Assembly: GCF_964204645.1 (NCBI RefSeq)
Contig: NC_134025.1
Coordinates: 4,960,001-5,024,000, forward strand
Direction: 5' to 3'
Length of the DNA: 64,000 nt
DNA from: Tubulanus polymorphus
Taxonomy: Eukaryota; Animalia; Nemertea
Positions 26,001 through 38,695 of this stretch are shown here, piece by piece. Made by a program: the position numbers and the translations under genes. Numbering within the stretch: position 1 is the first letter of the stretch; every line of letters begins with the position of its first letter. The notes below the pieces were generated by a model, which searched no databases, was not told the origin of the DNA, and saw nothing but the letters and a program-made list of their open reading frames with translations.

Positions 26001-29000
26001 TATTCCGTCCTTCCATCAGATTGCATTTCGGTTTTTGAAATTCTCGTCTGTTTGAGATAGAGACAACGTGTTGGTGATTTATTTTCATTTCATTCATTGC
26101 ATGGTTAGAAACTTGTGGATATCTTCATTTTCTATCTTATTGTCAGGGGTAGTTTGCAATGTTGTAGAATTACCTGTTTGTCCAACTACATTGATATATA
26201 ACTGCATTTTCACATTATATTTCACTGCTTACGCAGACTCAATTACGGATTCATTCGGCACATCACCTCAAGCTGCAGTTCAAACTAATGTCGCTACAGA
26301 GAATCTGTTCAGCTTGTCTGAAACGGAGCGTAGTATTTCCCCAGTCCCGACCGCTGGTTTAATTCCTCCTACAAGCTCCCCAATCCCACCAGCCATGTCG
26401 ACCAGTGCTGATCAAGTAAAACAACAAGGTTAGTCCCGCACTCCTTTCCTCGATATAAAAATTTGATGATATTACTCACAAAATAACAAAACTCGATAGG
26501 TTGTCATTAGTCAAATACCGGTTGTTGGAAGTCTTATTGAAATAATCCATAAATGTTCGATTTCTAGATATATTCTCGAATTTGGATGTACTAGCCGGGC
26601 TCGACCAACCAGTTTCACCGGGTCCCACTGCAACGCCTGCCCAAACTGGATTAGTGGACTTGTTCTCCACAGGAAACACAGCCACGGGCAACAATGTATC
26701 CAATTCGGGTTCGGGCAATGCGGCCATGATGGGTGGCCCAATGATGGGAATGGCCCCCATACCTCCAGTCTCATCAAGTATGCCCATGATGTCTGGCTCA
26801 CCCGGTATGGGTTCGCCGGCAATGTTTGGGTCTCCAGGCATGGGATCTCCGGCTATGGGTAATGTCATGGTTGGTTCACCAGCCATGAGTAGCCCAGCTA
26901 TGCCGCGTTTACGAACAGCACCACAAGAACCAAAGAAAGGTTGGTCAGAAAGTTGTTACTCGATAGATATTGATCCCAGTCTTGTGTCTAGTTGTTATGA
27001 ACCTCTAAGGCTTATATGCTACGTATCTCCTGTTTTCAGTTGATCCTCTCTCTAGTATCAACGTTTTCGCGGGTTACGAGGGCCATGTCTCTCCTTCCCC
27101 GACTAAGAAACCAATCGGATACAGTAGCCCTTCTCACCGAGGTTAGTCCGAGACGGCGTTCAGTAAATTTATATCTGGTCGTGAAGATGATGTTATTTAA
27201 TTGCACTTCGCCGTTAACATAAATAAACTGTATGCGTCACTATCTTAATTGCGCAATTATCTGTTACAAGCTGTCACGGATATGAGGGACTCCCCTACTC
27301 AACCCTCTCAACTGTCTTCAACCCCAGGTGGGTACTCCTCTCTATCTCTCCGTCTGTCTCTGTATTATTTTTTCTTTCATATATCACATTTTTAATTTCA
27401 TCCTGAACTCGGCCTTCATTGTATTGCTGCATGTATTATTTTAGTTTGCAAATCCGGTAGAATTGTTCTGTTTACTACAGTGCGTTAAAGTATGTACACA
27501 AATATGTTTCAAATTATAGAAATAATCTGGTAGTTCGTTTTTTTTTTTTCTTATTTTGCTTCATAACTAAAGATATTATTTCCCGCTGAAGTCTTTTATT
27601 CTGTCAATGATTTCTCATTCGAATTATTTTCAGTAAATGATACTCTGATACACTTTGGTTTCACCCCACATGTCGTGTTAGTTAGTCCGGTGTACTTTTA
27701 CTGATGTTTTTTTTTTTTAAGCGTGCATAGCATATAAATACCACATCTGCGTAAAATTCTATTTCAGTAATTTGTGCGAGCATTTTCATTCTGTGGTGGT
27801 TGGTACAGTGGAGGTTCACTAAAAAATCACAATTTTATTTTGGCGATTAGATTCATCGTTTACCCTTATGTTATATGAAGCACATTTATCTAATATATGA
27901 AAGTCATTATAAAGTATTACTTATTACCGACCTATGATATGGATTACAACGTCATTTAAAGGAAGATTGATTGATGTACAAAATGTAATGCGTATGGAAT
28001 ATGGTGCTGTATTCACCTCCGATGGTGCTGTATTCACCTCCGATGGTGCTGTATTCACCTCCGATGGTGCTGTATTCATATATGATATCATCATTGACTG
28101 GCTATCACTGATCTTAGAATTTTTCTTTGCAGTGATTGTCGAGTGCTGTTTTGCATTAGCTGGCTTCCATTTTCATTTCAGATATGACAGCTAGTGGCAG
28201 CAGTGTTGCTGTTGCTAGTGATTCTGCAGCTGATCTTTCAGGTGATCTACTCTAAGTTTGCAATAGGCATCCTAAGAGGGTGATTTGAGGGTGACAAACA
28301 CTGACCTTTAACTACTTACACATCTTCGATCTCAATAATTTGAAGGTGCCATTAAATTGGAAGTTCATTAGATTGGTTCAACTCTGAAAATACTGATAAA
28401 TGATGGGGCAAAATTTTTCCCTCTAATTCGTGCTACTCAGATTTTCATGTTTAAAGCACCTTCAGAAAACATCTTCAGATGCCAATGCATTAGGTTAATT
28501 GAAACTAGTTTATTGTTAACCAGTTTTTAGTGTTTGCGTTACTAATTGTATTCATTTTATCTTTCTTTGCTATTTCTAGTTCTTTGTCTTCATTAGGTAA
28601 CTTTGTATATAGGGAACAAATGTTGCGATATTGCTGATGTTGATGAATTCAATTACTAATTTGTATGTTGTGTATGTTATAAGCGATTTTATCGGCCGAT
28701 CAGGGCTGGGCCTCGTTCGACGGGCAGTTTTCTCATTACACAGAATCTTGAATTTTCCCACAATACTAGTACATATTCATATGACTGTTAATTTTGGTCG
28801 TGACATGTCTACTAGGGAGAACTGGAATTTATTTTCCCAGCTATCACCTAAGGTATGATATATAAGTGCCATTGAACTTTTTTCCTGAACTAACAACATT
28901 ATATATGTCGGCTATGATAACATTGTTATATGATCTCAAAAGTTGAATGAGGAGTTATAAGTACAATAGAATTTTGTATATTTGATTGTCGGTCAATGTA

Positions 29001-31447
29001 CTAGTCGTCTTTTTTAAGTATGTTTGGTCAGGCATCATATTATTTTGTCAGGTGTCAGTTACTCGATATGAGTGTTTTTTGGAAACACTCAGCCTTTAAT
29101 AACGATCCGACCAAATTGCTATTCATCAGTTCATTGATCATCAGTTCATTGCTTGTCTGCTAGGATATTAAAAATTACATCTTAGATATGTCAAATGTAT
29201 GCGTATTTTCTTTTATTTCAGATGGAGAATTTACTCATTACCTGCTCATTACAAATATAATCATGAAAATCATTTAATTATTAACAAGTTTGTCTCGCTG
29301 TGTCATTCATTTTAGGTTTTGATGCTTTTGGGGAAGTGTTACAGCCAGCAACAAATGCAGCTTCTGACCAGAAAAAACCAGACGACAGATATATTGTTAA
29401 AGGCGACTTAGATAGCAGTCTGGCCTCAATTGTTGGAAATCTCAACATGAATGGTACAGGACAAATAAAAAAGTATGTTCCAACTATATGAAGCAATTGA
29501 TTGATATTTCCCCATCTCTAGGTGATTGTTTCACTACAGGAGCTGATCTCAGTATCATGAATCACAAAAATGAGTCTTGTTTCCAATAACTGATTGATTT
29601 TGAACGTTAAGATATCATCCAGTGTAGGATTATTAGACTAATTTAAAGAATTGGAAGGTTAAAAGATTGCTACTTTTTCAAGCATAATTTACCTTTATAT
29701 ACTATAAGCACAGGTTTCATTGTATACTGATGCCTGTTATTGATTTATTCACATTCACTCAAGTGTTTTTAGGTCTAAAAATTCCCCATGAATGTTTTAA
29801 TATTTGTTCAATGCTGGTGTTCTTTCAGAACTGATCATCAGTGGAGTCCATCAGCACAAAATAAACAACAACTGACTGGTGGTTCAAACTGGTCATCAGG
29901 GACCGTTTCAGCAACAATGAGTTCATCCGCTTGGCCACAGCAACCACCGATGGTACGATGATAATTACTCATAGGAATTAATTTTTATGCTAGGTTCAGA
30001 ACCTTAATCTTACGACAGTCTTGCTATTACGTGTAACATATTGTTTTCGAAGAAACACTGCCATAGAACACTAAATCTATAGGAAATGGAATATATTATT
30101 AAAAGACTAATTTCATTCAGCAATCTGTTTAGAGACCATTGTCAGTGTGAATGGGTCACCCTAGTACTGGTATAAAAATTGCACTATGAATGTGTAGCTA
30201 CCCGGTATGTGTAATTTATTTCAAAACAATATGTTTGTCTTCCAGGGCTCAATGCAACAGCAACCAATGATGGGTGTATATCCTGCAGGTCAACAACAAC
30301 CATTTGTAGTAAGTATTTGATTATCAATTGTCTTTATATTTTGAATCCTTTCCTTTGTAATTTACTCTCTATTAACTCGTTTCTTGTGATAATATTGCTA
30401 CTGTTTTGATATTTTTAATCATGATAATTTTTAAACACTTCTAATACTGAAATCTAAACATGCATCTTGAATTGATAATCCATTTAATGAATGATAATTG
30501 CACTCTACTCATTGACATTGATCTAACATTGTAGGTTTTTCATAATACGTGCTTGGATATCTTTCAGACATAACATAAGATATTGACTATGGTTGCTCTA
30601 ATTGTTCAAATTCATTAAGAGTGGTAATTTAGTAACACTCATCTGGGTTTTGAGAAAACAGTTACTGTAAAAGACTTGTTCAGCGACCACTATGATTGAT
30701 TATGTTTGAAAGGTGAATGATTTGTACTATCGGAACTAAGGTTTGCTACGATTTGTCTAACAGCTAACATATTAATACAATGCGTGAATGTTCACAATAT
30801 GATAATGTGCCGAAGGTGGTGATTTAAAAGTTTCGCCGTATGATTTGTCTGTGACTGATCAGTTCCTTGTTGCATACATAGATAGCTGTTCATTCGTGCA
30901 TGTAACATAGTTCATGCATGTAGATGCTGTGTAAAATCACACTGGAAATAGTCTTAAGTCCTTTGATATTTTAGATTTGTGAGGAAATTTCAACACCACT
31001 TCCGTAATGACAGGCTGACATTGAATTAGATGTGATCAGATAGAAATTTAACATTTCAGACAGAAAGAAACATTTTATAGTATAGAAAACATAAGGATTA
31101 ATAGATTATTAAATCATAAGTGAAACGGCCTGTATTTCCAGCAATGAACTTGATAAATGAATATTTTTGACGGTTCTTGTTGAGATGTTCGTGTTAGACA
31201 ATGATGCTAAGTAGTAAATACTATGTTCTGCTTACACTTTCAGAGACCTGGCATGTATCATACGGTGGGGCAGCCTTACATGAACGGGTATCCTTATTTT
31301 CAGGCACAACAACGACCGATGGGGGCAGGGATGGGTATGGGTATTCAACAACCCAGTATGATGTATGGACAACAGCCGCAACCAAACTTATTCCAGCAGC
31401 AACCACGACCACAACAATCACCACCTGATCCCTTCGGAGCATTATGA
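14095..31447 (+). CDS. PICALM: Phosphatidylinositol-binding clathrin assembly protein (CALM/AP180/LAP/UNC-11 family), about 25 coding exons
   Basis: ANTH domain [57 protein letters not shown]...[52 protein letters not shown]...[21 protein letters not shown]. Exons 14095-14224, 14784-14926, 15086-15161, 15583-15685, 17202-17241, 17556-17613, 17706-17817, 17907-18013, 18109-18150, 20394-20476, 21270-21402, 22891-23224, 23343-23429, 23623-23670, 25078-25212, 25692-25754, 26237-26428, 26568-26939, 27040-27141, 27271-27327, 28182-28241, 29316-29471, 29829-29952, 30246-30308, 31244 (or 31304)-31447. The disordered tail has NPF/DLF/DLL motifs, [21 protein letters not shown], and ends DPFGAL*. Confidence 0.93.
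16028..16516. mobile_element. Non-autonomous DNA transposon (hAT-like), about 489 bp, with perfect TIRs and target-site duplication, in PICALM intron 4
   Basis: TIR CAGAGTTGCCACTT (16028) / AAGTGGCAACTCTG (ends 16516). The flanking direct repeat reads as 6-bp CTTACT, or as 8-bp GCTTACTC if each TIR is one base shorter. Subterminal TCCGGA(T/A)TT repeats occur at both ends. No transposase ORF. Confidence 0.85.
16974..17034 (+). repeat. Tandem duplication of about 31 bp
   Basis: CAACGTTTCGCATATGATAATGTGATGATAA occurs twice in tandem. Confidence 0.85.
19113..19269. mobile_element. MITE family A, copy 2 (shorter, more decayed)
   Basis: ATTCGATCCTGATGGCATCG...TGTACATGTACCTGC...AGGTTCGAATCCCTGCCGAAGGAT shares both TIRs and the central CATGTACCTGC with 7703-7946. 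Confidence 0.65.
20251..20308 (+). repeat. (ACAT)n microsatellite
   Basis: About 14 perfect ACAT units. Confidence 0.95.
23751..23962. mobile_element. Decayed MITE-like element with ends resembling 37118-37230
   Basis: ACCCAGTTCCA ... TGGAACTGGGT, an 11-bp inverted repeat. Confidence 0.4.
24290..24660. mobile_element. MITE-like element of about 370 bp in a PICALM intron
   Basis: Inverted repeat GCCTAGCTCAGGTCGACT (about 24307) / AGTCAACCTGAGTTAGGC (about 24625), with weaker similarity extending outward. Confidence 0.5.
28001..28078 (+). repeat. 21-bp minisatellite, about 3.7 copies
   Basis: ATGGTGCTGTATTCACCTCCG repeated exactly. Confidence 0.95.
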
Positions 31448-31500
31448 ACCTAGTAATTCAGGTACTTTCCGAAAGAAATCAGGCTTTTCAATTCTGACAT

Positions 31501-31785
31501 TTAACGCCTTGTGTGCCAGATGATATATGTCGATTTCCCATATTTGGTCAGAATTTCACCTATTTTTGGCGTTTTGATACATCTGGAAAAATTAGAAAAA
31601 ATTTCACCGGCTGGAACCAATCCACATCGAGCTGTCATATATTGATTGATTACTAAGCATATAGAAACCACTGGGAAGCACCTGTGCTATAAATCAATCA
31701 GCTTAATAAACCCTAAGCTAACTGCAGATTTCCATGGAAATCTAATCTGCATTCGATCTACGTGGTTTGGCGCTCCAAGTGTTAA
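31501..31785. mobile_element. TTAA-flanked MITE-like element (piggyBac-like ends) downstream of the PICALM stop codon
   Basis: TTAACGCCTTGTGTGCCA ... TGGCGCTCCAAGTGTTAA: imperfect TIRs with TTAA at both ends. Confidence 0.55.
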
Positions 31786-32896
31786 ATGAAATGGGCAATC
31801 TGCACGTAATGACAATTGTACTTATGGTTCATTGTTTTTCAGCTACGATGCTGGATTCAAATGGACAATAAACTGTGGCAATCTGTACATAATACACAGT
31901 ATATATGGATATTGTATCTGTTTTTCGTTTTTCTACAAGTCGGGTATATCACCAAATTATAGAGAAAAGCTGCTACTAGTCTGTACTGACTCATGTGTCA
32001 CGCCGTTCACAAAAGAGTATTGATGGTATCGAACATTTGCATGTATAAGACCTATTCAAACTGAAAACTGCGTTCAAATTACTGAAATACAACATATTTG
32101 ATTGTTCGGTGCTGCATAAAAATTGATACTGTTAGTTGGTGTAAGATAGTGTATCTGTAATATAGAAATAAATATGCAATTGATCCGCAGACATTAGGCA
32201 ATCATATACGTGTACAATATCATTCATGTATTTCACTGTCAATTCTATCCTCAGTGTGCCAAGACGGTGTTGTTCCTGTTTGGACAAATAAAATTCATAC
32301 TTTGTAATTCATACTTTGTACCACAGCTATGAAAAAAGAATAGTAGTCTGTGTGCGATCATCAAATTTAAGATACCAGGTGCCTCTCCCGAGATAGCCTC
32401 CAAAATTCAATCTGCTGACTTGCTACAAAGGATAAGAATGATATTAATGAACAGAGAAATTATATCTATGTGTATAAATAAAAAATCAATTTCATCATTA
32501 TAAATACGTACTAAGATAACGCTGATATATCCTGTTCAAAGAAAGATGCTCTGTTCCATTTGTTGATATATTTTCAGCATTAACATTACTCTGGTATAAA
32601 AATTGAATTGAACACTAATGTCTAGTGCTTGTTGCTTTCAATGCAGATAAAGATTGACTAGAGCCTTCTAAGTGTTATAAACTTGAAAATCTCTGCTACT
32701 ATCCTGTGCTGAGAAAAATATAGATCTATTATTGTACTCGCCAAGTGGACAGGATATTATGTTTGTGATATAACTGTAGCTTAACTTGTGCCGAGATACC
32801 AAAACCACAATAATCAATGTCATATTACCTCTGATTATTGATGACTAAAAAATGATTTCATTTCTCCTCTCGTATTCAGTTTGTATTATCGATATG

Positions 32897-32931
<35 letters not shown>

Positions 32932-32943
32932 CATTATTATTAT
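32897..32943 (+). repeat. (ATT)n microsatellite, followed by (TA)n-rich tracts at about 33110-33180
   Basis: Directly visible in the sequence. Confidence 0.9.
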
Positions 32944-35679
32944 GAATGGACGCAGTATGTTTATTCTCAAAGAGAATTCATATTAGCGAGGAATGTGAAT
33001 CAATGAATGTTATCTATGATTTTTGTTGTTATTATTAATGTTATTGTATATGTATCATAACAATGTATACTTGTATATACTTTGTATATTTCCGTTATTA
33101 AAAAATATGTAGTATATATGATAATATAATATATATATAGTAAATATATATATATATATATATATATTGTGATATATAGAGATTTACACAAAGAATAATA
33201 TTTCAGTTCATTCAGTCTTTGTTCATTTTTTGTTTGAAACAAGTGAAAAAGTGCTAATTGTTCAATAGTTCTCTTGCAAAATTTTTGTCAAAAATATTGT
33301 AAAATTGAATATCAATACCGGTTGGCCTATATTTCCAAGTAAATTTGTCCTCTGGATGAGCACTTAAACGAATTTGTTATCGTTCATGACTTCTCAGTCA
33401 ATTTTTCTAAATTCATTACTTAGGAATATCTATGAGTAAATGCACCATCTGTTGAAAATAATAATCTACAGGCAACATTTGTGTGCCTTGGAATATATTG
33501 GCTTGCATTCATCTAGTTGAAAAAAATTCTTATTGCTGACACAACCTCTTGGCTGAACTGAAATTTTTGTGGATCTAGGATATTCACTCATTTAAGTTAC
33601 TGTTGACGTGTTGAAATTGAAATGGAAAACTATAATACCTGTATACAATTATGATTGAAATGATGATTAATTTTTGGATCAGTGCATTAAATTCAAAAGC
33701 AACTAGGTTCACTTAGTTCATGCTAGACCTTTTGTTGAAGTAAACTACTGTAATGTGGAAGACTACATTTTAGCGCAGAAATAATGGATGTTCTTATAAA
33801 AGAGATTTTAATCAACTTCAGAAATACTGTGATTCATTCGTATTAGATATCAATTAAATGTGTGGTTCCGATTTGACTGAGCATTATATGTAGGCATCAG
33901 TGTCTTGTACAGTCATTTTAGAATGCTAATGAAATTAAGAAAATATTAAGAATGATATTATATTGAATATAGTATAGAATTGAGTACTTAATGTTTATAA
34001 ATGGGCACGATGATTACCGGTAATGAACTATTGTGCAATATATTAATAGTTAACCAGTTAAGTGCGAGATCCAGATGTAGCATTCATATCTTCATGTTAG
34101 GTTGCATATACATGTAGATTTCGATACAGAAAACACAACAATTGTCATTGTTTTGTGATGTTTTCTTAGCAGTTATCTTTTAATATCTTAGGGTCACTTA
34201 AGCTGAACAGTTACTGAAAATGTGCATTCCATTGTATATTGATGATTAGATTAATAAGGAAAACTTAATGTATTTGTGTCTTTTGAATAAGACGAACAGT
34301 CCAGAAAATGTTCTGATAGCTGGTTGTAGTTTTTCTGCTGAGAATCAACATTTATTTTCATGAGAAACAAAAACATGCCCTTTCGTTTGAAAATGAATTT
34401 GTTCAAATGGGCAGGTTTTAAAGGCTGATCTGGGCCCAGCTTGAAAAAGTTAAAGCTCAAAACGGTTAAGTTTGAATTGATGTCCTCATTGAAAACATGA
34501 AGTAACCAATAGCAATTACACCAAAAATTTGAGTTATACTCTTTTGTGAAACTGGGCCCTGTACAACATTTTTTTAAACCTGTCTGGCACAGAATTTGAA
34601 GATATCCCACCTTTGAAATAATGATATTTTGTGCTGGAATTGGCATTACTGATTATCTGTTGTTCCAGATCAGTAGTTATTTGAGACCTGCTCATTTTTG
34701 AATGAACGACCTTGCACAGCATAATGGTACATATCAGTCTAGCACAGTTACCAGATGATGACTAGCAACAAGATGATGTATTTATAGTTAATAAAATGTT
34801 ACTGTAGTGATATGAAATATTAAATTAGCGTCTTGTCTCTTGGTTGAATTTTGGATGGAGGAGGTTAATAGTTGCCTATTTTGTTTAAGCATAGACACGT
34901 TGCTATCACCTTTCTCAGTTTGATCAGTATACATGAGGCTCAACGTGAAAAGATAATTCTGTCTTTCTGTTATTTGTTGAGCTTGATGAATTCTGTCATC
35001 CTGTATTTGTTGAGCTCGCTCTCGGATCAATAGAATTTTTAACCTGTTACACGTGATCTATTGCATCACAGCTTTAAAAACTGTCTTCATAGATAAAATG
35101 CATATACGTAGTAGAACTCTGAACTCTTTCTGTTAAGGTCAATTCTTAGTGCAAATGTCAAGGTGGATGGGCTATGATGACACAGTGGCAGTGGTGATCA
35201 TTTTTGGCTTTATTAAACCCTGGCCTAATAGGTCGGTAACCCATATAATAAAACCCCACTATTTACAGATTAAAAGCCGATAATTTATAGAATCAAAGAA
35301 TTATATTAAAAGAAACGAGGTTTCGAACTCTACTTGAGATCATTTTGCCGAGTGCATTTCTTTTTTTTTAAATATCGTAAGACGTGTTTAGGGCGATATT
35401 TAGTTCTACCCTCATTGAATTGAATTGAATAGTCTGTCCTAATTGCGTTTAATGAAGATTCAACATAAATGTGGTGCGAAAGTAAAATAATGCCCTACGG
35501 AATGCCCGATGATATGAATGCTGATTCTTATACGTTTGAAGGTGACGAACTGTTTGTACGATTTGTTGGTAGATGAAATAATGATTAATAGTCGTAGACT
35601 CCTAGTAGTAAGTACAAATAACTATCATCAAATAGGCTAAATAGGCCTATCACTCGAAGTCGAAACTCGTTTTTTTGAT

Positions 35680-35795
35680 AGTCAGTAACCTGACTGTCGT
35701 TTAGTTTCACGATCGGATATTTTCACAAACCACAAGTTGGTATTAGCCCATCCGATTATAAAAAGCTTACAACCAACGATTAGGTAACTAACTAG
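35680..35795 (+). repeat. Dispersed repeat of about 115 bp, copy 2
   Basis: Homologous to 2446-2560. Confidence 0.75.
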
Positions 35796-37117
35796 TTTCG
35801 TGTCAAAGCAAAGCGCTTCTTCACAGTTTATAGCCCTACTCATAACCTCCCAAAATTTTGAACCTAAGATATTAAAAATTTGACTAAAATTCTCTTTGGC
35901 TAAAAGTTATTGATTTTTAGTTCACTGATAAATGATATAGGCCTACTGAAATAGAGAATTTTGGAAGCGGGGTGCAAAAGCGCTTAGACTTTTGACTTGG
36001 GCCAACATTTTTGTCGATCATATACCCCTATGGACTTCATGATCCATGTTTGGACTAATGAATAAGTAACAGAAAAGCTTCATCGGTAACTTTAGTTTCA
36101 GTGGATGATTAAAATTCACAATGTCTGGGATCATCAATTTTTTTGGATTAAACGCTAGAAATCCCACAATGAATTCAGCCAAAAAGAGAAACTTTGCATA
36201 GGAGAGTCAGGCCTATATATATGCGCAGCGTTGGTTTATTTCTTTGTATATTTTTTTGGATATTTCGCTTAACTTTTTAAACACATAGGCTGCATAGAAT
36301 AGATAATGACGGGACTGCAGGCTTGTTCTCTTATGGGTTAGTAAGGCTAATGAATTTGTACTGCAGTTACATAGGCAGGAAAATGTCAATTCTTTTAAAT
36401 CAAGTGATACCGGTAATGATGTTTATTTTATTGAGTTGCGGCTATAATTGGCGTTGATATCTGAATGGAACGCCTAAGCATTGCAACCACACCCTGGATT
36501 TACATAACTGTTCTTAAACTTCATTTCATAAGGTGAAATATCATTAGGCCGGTGTCTTAACCAAGGCTTGCCACATGGTGCCCTAATTGTGAGAAATATA
36601 TTGGTGGTTAACAAGTCTGAAATAGAATAGATAACAATCCTTATAAATTGGAACCTTGCAAGAATTTTAGTTCAGTACTTATTGTTTTGAACCAGACGTT
36701 TTTGTCAAGCCAGATTGATCCTGTTATATGGTTCACATTTTTATTAATCTACCAAGCCACTCAGTTCGAGGTCAAAGAGAACCATTGACTTGGGAACTGC
36801 CACATTGAGAAGAGGAGTGATGTAATTACGCCGACTGAATTGAGTTCAGCAGTTGTCGCTAGAATTTGGCTGCGGAGTCAATAAAGTAATTCAAGACTTG
36901 ATGACTTATAACCATGGTAACAAGAATTACCCTGCATCTCATTAGAAATATCATTCAGGTTTTCTTCAATTTTCTTCATATTCGAATTCTGCCTAGGCCT
37001 AAATGAGGGATATGTTTGTGGGGCTTGAATTAGACGTATGCCGATTTCTGGTAGGCTTAGTTAAGAAAAATCAGATTCTATCGATACTTGCTGCTTGTAT
37101 CAATTCTATTGATACTC

Positions 37118-37230
37118 CTGGACCCAGTTCCACAGTTAGAGTTAGAGTTAACTCTGAGTTAAAGTTAGTTCATTTTCAATGAGTTAACTCAAAGTTAAAT
37201 CTTAACTCACAACTGTGGAACTGGACCCTG
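37118..37230. mobile_element. Fully palindromic MITE, about 113 bp
   Basis: CTGGACCCAGTTCCACAGTT...GAGTTAACTC...GAGTTAACTC...AACTGTGGAACTGGACCCTG; the arms pair along most of the length. Confidence 0.75.
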
Positions 37231-38338
37231 CTCTTATTACTATGTACTTTAGTAAGAGCATATACGTACAGGGTAGGCTAATGGCTTATTTTTTAGCAAT
37301 TGAATCTAGAATATAAGCAAACAGTCTCCGTTTATATTGGCTGCGGTCCATATGTTATTTTTCCCCACTGACATATTAGAACACTCAACAAAATTAATGC
37401 ATAGGGGCCTATTTATCGTTCATGAATTAATTCAGTACATTCATTTCATAAACAGTCCACTTAAAACCTTAAGATATCGACCTAGGCAGAAATCTATTGC
37501 TCTAAAAGTCATTATTTCGAGAACAATGTAGTATTCAAAGGCTACGAGATAATTTTCGCGATGATCGTCACTAACTTAGGTCTGAGACCTCTGAATGAGT
37601 TCGTAAGTTTCGTAACGCGTTCAACATTCTCATTGGAACGTAAGTGATTGACGATGATGTCCTTGAGTCGCCGGGAATTATAATGAGTTTCCAGACTCTA
37701 TTAAACAATAGTCAGTACTGCCACCTCGAGTGCATAAATCAAACTATCGTAAAATCATACAATACGTTTAGCACGCGCGTGTGTGTCAGGTCTACTGTGC
37801 GGGCATTTCTGATAGGACAAACATACACACTTCAGCTATGTTCTGTCTGCTTGGTGGTAGTAAACTAGTACTGAGAAATGGGATTTTTGCACCAAATGAT
37901 TGAAGGTACGATTGTGAACATTGTTTTTAATTTTACTAGGCGAAATCAAATTGCTATTTTACCTGTAACCCCCTGACATTTCGATTTCAATTCTTGAAAA
38001 CTTTTTAAACATCTCGCCGTGACACAGTTTTAGTATGGTAGAGACCTCGGTAATTCGAAAAGGATATTCTTCATGTATTCATTTATGACGTTTTTAGATT
38101 CATTACGGATTTCTTCATGTTTGAGTCTGGTCAATATGTTTTATTGTATGAACATATTGTTCGTTTTTTAACAGTTATCAGCCTAAAAGTATAGAACAAT
38201 AGAATTCTAGATGGTCTGGTTTCTCTTTCAGAAAATTCTTCAGAGGGCGGCTAATTTTAGAAAATTGGTTGCTATTATCCAAAACATTATAAAGTTACGA
38301 ATCTATGAATTGAAAGTTATTGCCATTACTAAGATACA

Positions 38339-38447
38339 AGGGGCCTGTTTCACAGAACAACTTGAACATTTCATTTACATTTAAGTGTCATCAGTATTGT
38401 GTAGGCCTATTACAAAGACACTAAGTTGTTTTGTGAAAGATGCCCCG
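38339..38447. mobile_element. Short MITE-like element
   Basis: GGGGCCTGTTTCACAGAACAACTT / AAGTTGTTTTGTGAAAGATGCCCC imperfect TIRs. Similar GTGAAACT(A/G)GGCCC half-ends occur at about 34546 and 39561. Confidence 0.55.
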
Positions 38448-38695
38448 GTATAAGAATTACTAACTGAAATGCCTACACTTCTCCACGATGTGTGTTGTTG
38501 TAGAGCTATTGGGTTTATGGTTCAATTCTAGCCATGCTCTAACAGTATTCCATACTTCTAAAGTACAAAAAATATGGATACCGGTTTGTCTGGTTTGAAA
38601 GGCCTGGTTTAAATCCATATGCCTAGACATTTGTCACCACTCAAATGAATTAATTCTTTATGAGGGTAGACGTTTCAATGTTGTATTCACTAAAC

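Noticed and set aside
26476-26886. Antisense ORFs opposite PICALM exons (also 22920-23126, 31221-31442, 11560-11817, 48821-49021)
   Set aside because: Shadow frames of real exons on the other strand, with no independent gene structure.
28001-28078. CRISPR-like array or coding repeat (DGAVFTS x3)
   Set aside because: Head-to-tail 21-bp units with no spacers, inside a eukaryotic intron. It is a minisatellite.
31286-31297. U12-type donor GTATCCTT in PICALM
   Set aside because: It falls within the open Gly-Tyr-Pro codons and polypyrimidine tract. No U12 intron is needed for the gene model.
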